From positions 1 through 51,637 of the IMG/VR virus record IMGVR_UViG_3300050023_000090: DNA of 51,637 nt. One strand, written 5' to 3'. The translations under genes and the position numbers were made by a program. The notes beneath the pieces are model-generated. The model searched no databases and had not been told where the DNA came from. It saw nothing but the letters and a program-made list of their open reading frames with translations. This stretch comes from a virus. Its lineage: Duplodnaviria; Caudoviricetes. Every line of letters begins with the position of its first letter. Position 1 is the stretch's first letter. Shown here piece by piece: positions 7,259 to 16,595 of this stretch.

Positions 7259-9841
7259 ATGAAACGCTTTTCCCGAAATGGAATCTCGCTATGCTCTAAA
7301 TGTGCATTACGCGACAGGCCCCGGGTGTGGGATGAGTATCCTGAAGACGGAACCTGCAACATCGCCTTGGTTGGGGAAAGCGCAGGACAAGTAGAAAGTG
7401 AGAGGAAGCGCCCCTTTGTGGGTCCCGCGGGAGGAACCTTGAACATGGGCCTCCACGAAGCGGACCTTCCTCGGCAGCGTCTCTACATTGCAAACCTTGT
7501 AAGTTGCCATCCCCCCGACGATGACCTCGACTCTTACGAAGGACAGGAAGCCTTGAAGTGCTGCGCTCCTGGATTCAAAGCGTCGATGGCAAACGCAAAA
7601 AAGAGGGGTGTCAAAGTCGTGATGCCCCTTGGAAATAATGCTCAGAATCACGGCTTTGGCATCACGACAAAGATCCACAAATCTCGCGGCTCCGTCTATG
7701 AGAAGGACGGGTTCCTTATCATTCCCACTTTCCATCCCTCCTTTATTTTAAGGGGTGCTCGTGAAGAGGAGGGAACATGGATAGGGGACTTTAAGAAAGC
7801 GAAGGAAATTGCCTCCACAGGATGGAAACCTCCAAAGGAAAACTTTGATCTCTTCCCTTCTCTGTCTTCGCTCCAACTCTTTGCAGAAGAAGCCCTGAAG
7901 TACAAAGGTCCAATGGGTGTGGATCTCGAAACAACAAGTCTCTCTCCCGCAACGGGACGCATTGTCGTCATAGGACTTTCCATTCCCAAGCGCACTATTG
8001 TCATTCCCTTTCTAAAGCAATACGGATATGCCTACTGGCCTATTTCTCAGTTGAATGCGGTAAACGCAATAAATGCACGTCTCATGAGGGAGAAGGAATG
8101 CATTTTCCAATTTGGAAACGGTGTGGACCTGCCCTTCCTCTTCTATAATCGCTTCCCTGTTTTGAAGACTCCCCACGATGTTTGTATTGCTCATCATGTT
8201 ATTCATCCGGAAATCCCACATAACCTTGGTTATATCGTATCCGTATACGGCTCGACGCCTTATTGGAAAGATGACATGCTTCTTCGTGAAGAAACAATTC
8301 TCCAAATGGAAGACATTAAACTCAGGACTTACAACGCGCGAGACGCTGCGGTCCTTCTTGAAGTCCTTCCAGGGCTTCTTTCTGATCTTGACGAGTTTCA
8401 TCTTCGCCCTATTTATGAGGAAATCTCCCGTGAGTTGATCCTTCCTTGTCAGGAAATGAACACCAACGGAATGCTTGTTGATCAACCTGCGTTGAAGAAG
8501 TGGAAACATTCTCTCGTTGCGAAGAAAGCCTACTACAAAGGAGAGATTCATCATCTTTGTGCCCTTCATGAAGGTTTTTCTCTCACCTCTGACGAAGATT
8601 TGCGCCTCCTTGTTTACGGAGCAATAGCTCCTAAGTTCCTTCGCGCCCAGCGCGAAATGGAAGAATATATGGACGAAACTCGCAAGCGTCCCCTGAGAAG
8701 GGACACCGCGCGATACAGAGAAATAGGCAGACTTGTCTCCATCGCGGAGTCAACGCATCCTCTCTATCAGACAAAGGGAAAGATTCGTACTACAGACAGC
8801 GGAAAATATTCCGTAAAGGAAGAAGTCCTCCTCTCTCGAAGAATTGCTTGCAACAACAGGCTTCTTGCCATAGATGGATTAAAGCAAAAAGATGCCTCTG
8901 CCGAACGCAGAGATATTGAGAAGACTTTGAAGTTCTTCGAGCTTCTCCTCAACTTCAACGAAGTGGACAAGCTCATTACAACCTATACGAAGTTCCCTAT
9001 CTGGCCGGATGGGAGAGTTCACCCCATCTATTCCCCTATGGGAACGAACACGGGACGCCTTGCTTCAGAAAGACCCAATGGGCAGAACATTCCTGAAGAG
9101 GCAAGGAAGATTTTCTACACAAAGGGCCTTTTCGTAGGTCCTGATTTCTCGAACCTCGAAGTGCGTATCATTGCTTATGCTTCAGGTGATAAGGCTTTCA
9201 TAAAACTTTTCAAGAAGAACGGAAACGTGCACGATCAGAATACAATCGATCTTTTCGGGATCGACAAATCTTCTCCCATGTGGGACTTGGCAAGAAAAGC
9301 AGCAAAGAAGTATATGTTCGGAGGCAAAAGTTATCTTGGAAGCCTCTACAACATTTATACGAAGATGTTAATCGAGTGTCCTGATCTGAAAATTACTTTC
9401 GCCGAGCTGAAAAAACTCGATGCACGATTTGATTCAAAGCACCCTGAGATGATCGCCTATCAGAAGAGAATGCAAGAAATAGGGAGGACTGAACGCCGCG
9501 TAGAAAACGGCTTCGGTCGTGTACGCATCCTTCTTGGAGACGACTCTGACATAGAAAGAGAAGCGGTGAATACTCCCATTCAAGGAACAGGGGCGGACAT
9601 CACAAACAAGGCGATGATCGCAATTTACAAGGAACGCAACAAACTTGGTCTCAAGGCGCGTTTCTGTCTCCAAGCGCACGACCAACTTATGATGGAATGC
9701 CCCAAGTCCGAACTCGTTCAAATCAAACGCATCATGAGGAAGCACATGGAAATGACCCATCATCTCTGGGGCCGCGATGTCTCCTTCCCGATTGAAATGA
9801 AGATCGGTACGAACTGGGGCGACCTCAAGGAGACGAAATGA
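7259..9841 (+). CDS. Family A DNA polymerase with N-terminal family-4 uracil-DNA glycosylase domain and 3'-5' exonuclease (SPO1-type architecture)
   Basis: UDG4 motifs CSKC, VGESAG, PFVGPAG, NLVSCHP, PTFHPS; exonuclease VDLETT and YNARD; polymerase TGRLAS, DFSNLEVR, RKAAKKYMFG, NTPIQGTGAD and HDQL; RBS ggagg. Confidence 0.95.
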   Translation: MKRFSRNGISLCSKCALRDRPRVWDEYPEDGTCNIALVGESAGQVESERKRPFVGPAGGTLNMGLHEADLPRQRLYIANLVSCHPPDDDLDSYEGQEALKCCAPGFKASMANAKKRGVKVVMPLGNNAQNHGFGITTKIHKSRGSVYEKDGFLIIPTFHPSFILRGAREEEGTWIGDFKKAKEIASTGWKPPKENFDLFPSLSSLQLFAEEALKYKGPMGVDLETTSLSPATGRIVVIGLSIPKRTIVIPFLKQYGYAYWPISQLNAVNAINARLMREKECIFQFGNGVDLPFLFYNRFPVLKTPHDVCIAHHVIHPEIPHNLGYIVSVYGSTPYWKDDMLLREETILQMEDIKLRTYNARDAAVLLEVLPGLLSDLDEFHLRPIYEEISRELILPCQEMNTNGMLVDQPALKKWKHSLVAKKAYYKGEIHHLCALHEGFSLTSDEDLRLLVYGAIAPKFLRAQREMEEYMDETRKRPLRRDTARYREIGRLVSIAESTHPLYQTKGKIRTTDSGKYSVKEEVLLSRRIACNNRLLAIDGLKQKDASAERRDIEKTLKFFELLLNFNEVDKLITTYTKFPIWPDGRVHPIYSPMGTNTGRLASERPNGQNIPEEARKIFYTKGLFVGPDFSNLEVRIIAYASGDKAFIKLFKKNGNVHDQNTIDLFGIDKSSPMWDLARKAAKKYMFGGKSYLGSLYNIYTKMLIECPDLKITFAELKKLDARFDSKHPEMIAYQKRMQEIGRTERRVENGFGRVRILLGDDSDIEREAVNTPIQGTGADITNKAMIAIYKERNKLGLKARFCLQAHDQLMMECPKSELVQIKRIMRKHMEMTHHLWGRDVSFPIEMKIGTNWGDLKETK

Positions 9842-9888
9842 AACTTCAAAGTGTCTTTCTTGTGCTCCGAAAAGTATAAAGGAGCCTT

Positions 9889-11280
9889 GTGGAAGCCCCC
9901 CAGCCTCTCTGCTATCAAGGCAAACCCTTCTGGGCCTGCGATACCTTTGACAGGTTCCTCCCCAAGACGCGGGGCTTCCTTAACGACTTCGTTCTTTCTT
10001 TGCGGGGCCAGGAGGTTCCCGTAGCCTTCTCTCTCTGGTCTGCGTTGGTTACGCTCTCCACCGCCTTGAAAAGGGAGACGTGGCTCAAGTGGTCTGAAGA
10101 TCCTCTCTATTCCAACCTCTATCTCGTCCTGGTGGCCCCGGCAGGAATGGCAAAGAAAAGCGTCCCCATCAATCTTGGGTGTCTTTCCCTTTCCGAGATG
10201 CCTGACTATTTCACCGACCTCAACATCTCCGCCATGAAACAAATAAGTGTCTTCCGTGACAAGATAACAGGAGAGGCCATCTCGAAGTTTCTCTCCAAGA
10301 AGATGCGCCCTCTCCACGTCAACCTCGTCGATAAGCACGGGAAACCTCTCCGTCTCACCAAGGGAGGCCCCATCGAAACCTATCTAAAGAGCGCCGAGGT
10401 CCTTCTCGTTGCCCCCGAGCTGGGAACGATGCTCTCCCGGGCCAAGTACAATGAGGACCTTATTACGACGCTCACCAAGCTCTACGACACTGAGAGTCCC
10501 TTCGAGAACACCACCGCGGGCGGGGGCCAGAAACGTCTCCCCCGTCCCTTTGCCTGTCTCCTCGGAGGGACGACCCCCTCCGCTTTGCGAGACTCCATCC
10601 CGAAGTCCGCCGTCGATGAGGGCTTCCTCTCCCGCCTCATCGTCTGCTACCAGCCCAAGGCAGCGAGCCTCTTTCATCGTCCCCGCCCCATGGACATTCC
10701 CCGCAAGGAGATCGCCTCCCGCCTCGCTTGGATTGCTCAGTATACCGCGGGCCAGTGGGACCTCACTCCCGAAGCGGATGCCTTCTACGAGAAGTGGTAC
10801 ATCCGGATTCACACCCACTACGATACGCTCCGCTTCCATCCCGCCCAGAAGTCACGCTTTGCCATCCACGTCCTGAAGGTCGCGCTCCTTTTCAGCGCCC
10901 AGCGCTATGAGAACCACCTTGACAAGAAGAAGAGGGTAATTGACCTTCAAGCCGTGAAGGAATCCATCGCCCTCGTGGAGGAGACGATGCAGGTCGCCGT
11001 TCCCCTCATCGAGGAGACTGAAGCCAATCCCGCTCAGCGTCTCCAGATTAGGATCTTCAAATACATCTCCGAGAGAAGGAGCGCAACCCGCAAGCAACTC
11101 CTCCAGAACGCCCACCTTACCTCTGGGGAGGCCACTGCCATCGTCTCTGACTTGTACCAAGCGGGCCGCATCAGGTGCACCTCCGGAAACGCCCCAACCT
11201 TCGACCTGCGCGAATCCTATTGCTCGGTTAAAGACGCCAAGATCAAGGGGAAAGAAGAAAAAGATGAAGCCCTCTCCTGA
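9889..11280 (+). CDS. DUF3987/YfjI-type AAA+ putative replicative helicase, without a primase domain
   Basis: NLYLVLVAPAGMAKKS (Walker A-like), LLVAPELG (Walker B-like), LTKLYD, LLGGTTP, GFLSRL (Arg finger) and a winged-helix-like C-terminus. Confidence 0.75.
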   Translation: MEAPQPLCYQGKPFWACDTFDRFLPKTRGFLNDFVLSLRGQEVPVAFSLWSALVTLSTALKRETWLKWSEDPLYSNLYLVLVAPAGMAKKSVPINLGCLSLSEMPDYFTDLNISAMKQISVFRDKITGEAISKFLSKKMRPLHVNLVDKHGKPLRLTKGGPIETYLKSAEVLLVAPELGTMLSRAKYNEDLITTLTKLYDTESPFENTTAGGGQKRLPRPFACLLGGTTPSALRDSIPKSAVDEGFLSRLIVCYQPKAASLFHRPRPMDIPRKEIASRLAWIAQYTAGQWDLTPEADAFYEKWYIRIHTHYDTLRFHPAQKSRFAIHVLKVALLFSAQRYENHLDKKKRVIDLQAVKESIALVEETMQVAVPLIEETEANPAQRLQIRIFKYISERRSATRKQLLQNAHLTSGEATAIVSDLYQAGRIRCTSGNAPTFDLRESYCSVKDAKIKGKEEKDEALS

Positions 11281-11704
11281 CATCAGGCGCGTCATTGCCG
11301 CCTACAAGATGAATGGCTCCCTCCGCAAGACTGCTTCTGTTTTGAAACTGTCATTCTGGAAGACAAGAAAACTCCTGAAGGATTCAGGTTTCGTAGTGAA
11401 GCCACGCGGCGGCTTCTCTCATAAGGGCAAGCTGAAAATGAAACCTCGCGGAGGCGCCTTCGCTCGATGGCTCCGGGCGAATCCTGGTGTCAAGCTACCT
11501 CTGAATCTTGAAGAGATTGCAACCCTGACTGGATGCTCGAAGAACGCGATCAAGTGCAGTCTGTATCGGTTGAGAAAGAAGGGGAAGAAGATTCCTCTTT
11601 TGAGGAAGAGACGCCATCCTATTCCGAACGAATCGGCGCCGACATTAACGCCAGGAACGACTTCCAAGCATCCCCCTGCGAAGCGTACTCCTGCATCTTC
11701 ATAA
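11264..11704 (+). CDS. Basic HTH-type DNA-binding protein
   Basis: Two HTH-like segments (SLRKTASVLKLS; LEEIATLTGCSKNAIKCSLYRL); K/R rich. Confidence 0.55.
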   Translation: MKPSPDIRRVIAAYKMNGSLRKTASVLKLSFWKTRKLLKDSGFVVKPRGGFSHKGKLKMKPRGGAFARWLRANPGVKLPLNLEEIATLTGCSKNAIKCSLYRLRKKGKKIPLLRKRRHPIPNESAPTLTPGTTSKHPPAKRTPASS

Positions 11705-14700
11705 GGGTCCTGATCTGGTAGTAGCCGGGCATCCCCACCGGGGGCTGGAACTCAAGCCCTTCTCCCTTGATGAGCTTGTTCAAATCAATCGGAAGCATCC
11801 GATTTAATTCGCCCCGTGCCTGCCGAGCGTTATAGTCTTGCCCAATCGAATGGACCAGATCAATAGCAAGGTTGAAGAAGGGTCCTCCTGTAAACTGAGC
11901 CGGACTCCATGGCAACCAATCTCGCGCTCTCATCCCTAACGCATATACTCCCGCCGCCATCGCCGTACTGTTTCCAATCCACCTTGCCGCAAATGCCGCC
12001 TTCTGCGCAGGTGTTGCGTACTTCCAAGTTTGGGTTACGAACGATACGTATTGCGCCGCAAACGTTCCATACTGGCCGAACATCTTTCCAATAACGCCAT
12101 GAAAAAGGATTGGTGACTGTTCACGTCTGGGAAGAAAGAGCGCCCTTTCATTCACGGCGTTCGCATAGAGGTGCCGTGCCGAAGCAAGTTTGTTCGTATC
12201 CGCCGCACCTGCCATGGTCATCTCTAAAATACGGGAGCTCATTTCGGGACCATAGAGGTTCGTTCCCACATATTCCGCGAAACGTTTTGCGTTATTTATG
12301 TCTACTGTTCCGAATGCTTTAATACCGTCATTGAACTTGTCAAAGCCTGCTTTATATCCCACGAACCTCGTGATGTCGTCTGCGGTTGTAAACATCGCAA
12401 GGGAAGAACCTGATATCTTTCCAAGAATATGTTCCGCATTTGAGAGTTGATTTATTAAAGGGGGGGCATGTTTGATGACCCCGAGCCTTTGGAGACCCTG
12501 ATAAAAAGCAGGGCCTTCTTTGGAAGCCGCAAACTGAATTGACTTTTTTAGATAATCGTTCCCAACAAGAGGTCCTACCGTCTGGTACATCTGGATTAGA
12601 TTCCTGATTGCATTATATGGGCGCCATCCAAGATGGGCTGTGTACGAGAGGGTATACAATGTTCTCAAAACATCTTGATGCGCCGCCTCGGCCTGTTCTC
12701 CTTTGTTGCGTCCAATCGATTTCAAGAACGCCGAACTCCAAGCCTGCATCATTTTTTCGGTATCTGAAAAGCCTCCTCCCTGAAGCATGTCGAGGAAACG
12801 CATGGTTCTCCAGCGGAGGTCAGGATCCATCCCAGGCCTGTTGAGCTGGGTTACGAGAGTCCGCCATGATTCCCCAGTGTACAGTTTGAGATGGCCTCTT
12901 GTGATATATTTTCTCATGACCGAGAAGACATTCGTATCGAGGGCGAATGAGATCAGATCGCTTGAGCGCATGTTCTCAAACCAAGCGGTCAACTCTTTCG
13001 GGACGGTGGATTTTCCGAACGCCTTCTCTAAGACACGCTCCGTCACTTCAGGTTGATTCAAGTGAAGAATGGAGCCTTCGTCCACCGCCGCGCGGACGCG
13101 GGACATATAGTTGAACAGAAACATATTAGGGTCCATTCCGAACTTTGCAAACAGACCCGCTGTATCGTTGGGACCCTTGCCCAGCATGGCCCTCAACCTT
13201 TCGACGACGGCCATCTCCTTCTCGCCGAGGCGGAACTTCTCCACAATCGAGGCGCGATTCTCGGGGTTTGTCTCCCCCATATAGTAGAGGATTCCCGCGG
13301 CGCTCTCCATTTGCCTCTTTCGATTCCCCCCCAAAGACTTCTGCATGTCGTCGATGAGTTCGAGGTATTGACCATCGTCGCGAAAAGCAAGCCGCGCCCC
13401 CGCATCCACGTCGTTGACGCTCCTCAAAATCTCGATATTCCCTGTCTTCTGGGCATGGGTTGTGACCCATCCTCGATAAGGCTTGATCGTCATGGAGATG
13501 CGCGACAGGAAGTTTGGACTCTGTACCTCTGGGGGCTTGTCTGTATATCTCGGCCGGTACTCTGAAAAGTCCAGAAGAGGCGCCCCCTCCTTGTAGTAGA
13601 GATGCGCATCCTCTCCGACAAGCTCAGGCAGGCTCGACGGTTCGGGGATGTCCTTCAATACTTTTCCAAGCTCCTGGAGGTTTGCCGCCTCTCGCTTTCC
13701 TCCCGCCATGTAGACGACATACTTTCCGCCCTCGTGGCGAAGGACGCCGCCTGCGCTCTCAATCCGATCCGAGAGATTAGACCACGACTTCCACTCTCCC
13801 CCTATAAAGGAGCGTGCCTCCTCCAACGAAGAGACAAGATGATCGACCCCGTAGGCGGGCATCTGGACCCGGTAGACGCCCTGCGACATCCACGAGACGG
13901 ATCCTTCACTTCCTTGGACGAGTTTCTTCGCGGCATTTTCCTTGGAGATGTCCTCGAAGTTGTCCAGGAGTTTCCAGATCTCTTTCGGCCCGCCCTTCAC
14001 GCCGATGCCCCCCACCTCGAAAGTGACCGCATCCGGGGAGAGCGCGACCACCTTTGGTGCATACTTGGAAGGAATCTTTTCAAGCTGGATGCCTGAGTTT
14101 TCAAGCAGTTCCGCCCCGCTTCGCCCTGTCGCGATGATCTTTCCGCCCTTTATGGCTTTCAGGTTTCCCTCTCCCCCAACGATGCGGACTCCCCACTTCG
14201 CCATGGTGACCTTGAGGGTTTGAGTAGTCATGTCAGCGACGGCGAACTTCCTAATCGTCTCCAAGGGGTCAAGACCTTGCGCATTTCTTGCGGCCCAGTT
14301 CTTGATCGCGGGGACCTCTTCAATAAGACCGGCAAACCACGTCTTGAGGTTCTTTATGTTCTGGGCGTCTTCGGGAAGAGAGACTGTCGTCTCTACCGTT
14401 TTTATGGTCCGAGTCGCCTTTCCCTCACCCGCAACGTGGTCTGCCAGTTTCCTTACAATCTCATCTGCCTTCACTCCGGGAGGAACAAGAAGCCTTATCC
14501 CGTCCTTCGTCTTCCTTACGATGACTTCTTTCGCATCCTGGATAATCGTGACTGCAACCCGGGAGTCCTTCGCCCCGAGCCGTTTGAGGAGAAGACTTCC
14601 TGCGCGGGCAAGATTCCCCGTATTGGAGGTGTCTTTCAGCAACGCCCCAAGAAGGGAGTTGTTCCCCTGTACGACTGCATCGGGGACGCTCCCCTTGAGG

Positions 14701-16595
14701 CCTTGAAGCGTGACGGAAACGTTCTCCTGCCTGATTGAAGAAGGGGCCTTGAAGCCGCTCTTCCCAGTAGCAGGAGAGATTGTGTTGTCAAGAATCTTGA
14801 TCTGCCTGTCTGGATATAACGCAAGAAGGCTTCCATCCGGAAGGTTTGCCGCATCGTATCCCGCTCTGCGAAGCTCGGTCGCGGCGAGAATGGGCTCCGT
14901 TTCTTTCGAGCCTGCGTCTATCGCGCGTTGCGCCCATGCCTGTGCCGCCTTGAACTCCTCTACCGGGGCGACCTTCCCCGCCGAGGCGAACACGTTTGGC
15001 GGCCCGCCTTCTTTCGAGAGCGGGATTGCATCCGATCCAGAAGGGAGAAGGGAGTCTTCAGCTTTGCGCACATATGATTCTTGTCCCTCATTGACTGAGA
15101 TCTTCCTCGTCCTGAACTTCTCCATCGTCGCTTCAGAAAGAGGAAGGTGGTAAGTATCAGCAACCGCATTTTGTCCAGCTCCCGTGAAAGAGCCCGCCTT
15201 GATTCCTTCGGCCTCGACAGGAGAGATACCAGGTCTCTTGTCCAGGGAAACGAACGATGCTTTTGCATCTCCTGGCTTCGCCGCCTTCAATGCATCCGTG
15301 ATTCCATCCTGGGCGTCCATCATCCTGACAAGGTGGCCTCTCAGGGGATCCAGTCTCAGCTCGTCGATATTGAAGAGACCCTTCCTCTCCCGAAGGTATT
15401 GCGTAAGGGCCTCATCGAGCTGGCCGAGGGTCTTTACCTCAACAAAGACACCTGGATCGGAAGGGTGCCTGACGCGGAATCCATCCGCTGTTTCCACCAC
15501 GTCAAGGCCGATGGACTTCGCCGCCATCACGGTCTTTCCCATCGGATCCCGCGCAGCCAGCTCAGGATTTTCGGACCATCTCTGCCACTCATGCCACGCA
15601 TTGATGTGATCTTGGACCGCGGGAGAGGCCGTCTCCAAAAGGGTCGGCGGCAAGTCACCCCTGTTCATGGTGCCTTCGTAAGCGGCCATCAATTCGGGAC
15701 CCATAGGGCCTCTCTTGCCCGCCGCGTCCGTCACGTAGAGGCTTGAGGAAACTTTCTCGGCGCTCCGTCCGAACGACTTCAAAACTGTTCCCGCCAACTT
15801 CAGGAACGGACCCCCCCATGCGAGCGCGTTCCAGAAGAGGGTGTCACCCGCGGCATAGGTGCCGAAAGTTTTTGCAACGTCTGAGATGGAAGTGTTGATG
15901 TTTTGATTGTTCAAGAGGCGCTGGACGTTTTCACTTATGACTCCCGTAGCGCCCATTCCCGCCATCTTTGCAACGTGAGGCGCGAGATCGGCAAGGCCCC
16001 ACCGGGCGAGTTGCATCTTCGTTCCTGAGGCGCCCAGCTTTGCCATGTTCGCAACGGTCCGCTCCGCCACACCTTGAAGACTTCCCGAGATTGCCGTTGT
16101 GGGAACAAGATGAGTTGCAATCGCATAAGAAGCGAGATCCGCGACAAACCCAAAAGGAGTCCCCAGCTTGGAAAGAGCCTTCGCAATGGGAGATAGGGAG
16201 GTGGAAGACTCGACCACATTATCGAGATAGGCGGACCCTTTTGCGGCATCCGATCCATAGAGCAAATCCCGCATCACTCCATCTTGGGGAGATATTTTTC
16301 CTATCAATCCGGAAACAATTCCCGCGAGGCCCATTCTTTTCATTGCATCAGTGGAAAACTTATTCAAAGCGGGAAGTGTCGCCATCTGCATGAACTTCTT
16401 CCCTATCTCGGGATTCTCAAACACGGGCGGTCTCATCTGGACTTTCTGCATGATGAGAAGTTTATCCGTTTCGGGGAGGTTTAGAAAACGTTGGTCTTTC
16501 TCAAACTGATTCGCGGCATACTTGAGCCTTATCTGCTGCTGGTCTGAGTAGGGAAGTTTCGCGAACCTTGGGTCTTTCTCGAAGGGGTAGTCCAC
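11619..16595 (-). CDS. Large internal virion / DNA ejection protein
   Basis: 1658 aa, Ala/Gly-rich helical composition, last gene of the podoviral structural module after two smaller ejection-like proteins. Confidence 0.75.
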   Translation of the reverse strand: MDYPFEKDPRFAKLPYSDQQQIRLKYAANQFEKDQRFLNLPETDKLLIMQKVQMRPPVFENPEIGKKFMQMATLPALNKFSTDAMKRMGLAGIVSGLIGKISPQDGVMRDLLYGSDAAKGSAYLDNVVESSTSLSPIAKALSKLGTPFGFVADLASYAIATHLVPTTAISGSLQGVAERTVANMAKLGASGTKMQLARWGLADLAPHVAKMAGMGATGVISENVQRLLNNQNINTSISDVAKTFGTYAAGDTLFWNALAWGGPFLKLAGTVLKSFGRSAEKVSSSLYVTDAAGKRGPMGPELMAAYEGTMNRGDLPPTLLETASPAVQDHINAWHEWQRWSENPELAARDPMGKTVMAAKSIGLDVVETADGFRVRHPSDPGVFVEVKTLGQLDEALTQYLRERKGLFNIDELRLDPLRGHLVRMMDAQDGITDALKAAKPGDAKASFVSLDKRPGISPVEAEGIKAGSFTGAGQNAVADTYHLPLSEATMEKFRTRKISVNEGQESYVRKAEDSLLPSGSDAIPLSKEGGPPNVFASAGKVAPVEEFKAAQAWAQRAIDAGSKETEPILAATELRRAGYDAANLPDGSLLALYPDRQIKILDNTISPATGKSGFKAPSSIRQENVSVTLQGLKGSVPDAVVQGNNSLLGALLKDTSNTGNLARAGSLLLKRLGAKDSRVAVTIIQDAKEVIVRKTKDGIRLLVPPGVKADEIVRKLADHVAGEGKATRTIKTVETTVSLPEDAQNIKNLKTWFAGLIEEVPAIKNWAARNAQGLDPLETIRKFAVADMTTQTLKVTMAKWGVRIVGGEGNLKAIKGGKIIATGRSGAELLENSGIQLEKIPSKYAPKVVALSPDAVTFEVGGIGVKGGPKEIWKLLDNFEDISKENAAKKLVQGSEGSVSWMSQGVYRVQMPAYGVDHLVSSLEEARSFIGGEWKSWSNLSDRIESAGGVLRHEGGKYVVYMAGGKREAANLQELGKVLKDIPEPSSLPELVGEDAHLYYKEGAPLLDFSEYRPRYTDKPPEVQSPNFLSRISMTIKPYRGWVTTHAQKTGNIEILRSVNDVDAGARLAFRDDGQYLELIDDMQKSLGGNRKRQMESAAGILYYMGETNPENRASIVEKFRLGEKEMAVVERLRAMLGKGPNDTAGLFAKFGMDPNMFLFNYMSRVRAAVDEGSILHLNQPEVTERVLEKAFGKSTVPKELTAWFENMRSSDLISFALDTNVFSVMRKYITRGHLKLYTGESWRTLVTQLNRPGMDPDLRWRTMRFLDMLQGGGFSDTEKMMQAWSSAFLKSIGRNKGEQAEAAHQDVLRTLYTLSYTAHLGWRPYNAIRNLIQMYQTVGPLVGNDYLKKSIQFAASKEGPAFYQGLQRLGVIKHAPPLINQLSNAEHILGKISGSSLAMFTTADDITRFVGYKAGFDKFNDGIKAFGTVDINNAKRFAEYVGTNLYGPEMSSRILEMTMAGAADTNKLASARHLYANAVNERALFLPRREQSPILFHGVIGKMFGQYGTFAAQYVSFVTQTWKYATPAQKAAFAARWIGNSTAMAAGVYALGMRARDWLPWSPAQFTGGPFFNLAIDLVHSIGQDYNARQARGELNRMLPIDLNKLIKGEGLEFQPPVGMPGYYQIRTLMKMQEYASQGDAWKSFLALMSAPIRSE

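Noticed and set aside
11619-11704. Convergent 86-nt overlap between the HTH gene and the ejection-protein gene
   Set aside because: Tail-to-tail overlaps where the two transcription directions meet are common in compact phage genomes.
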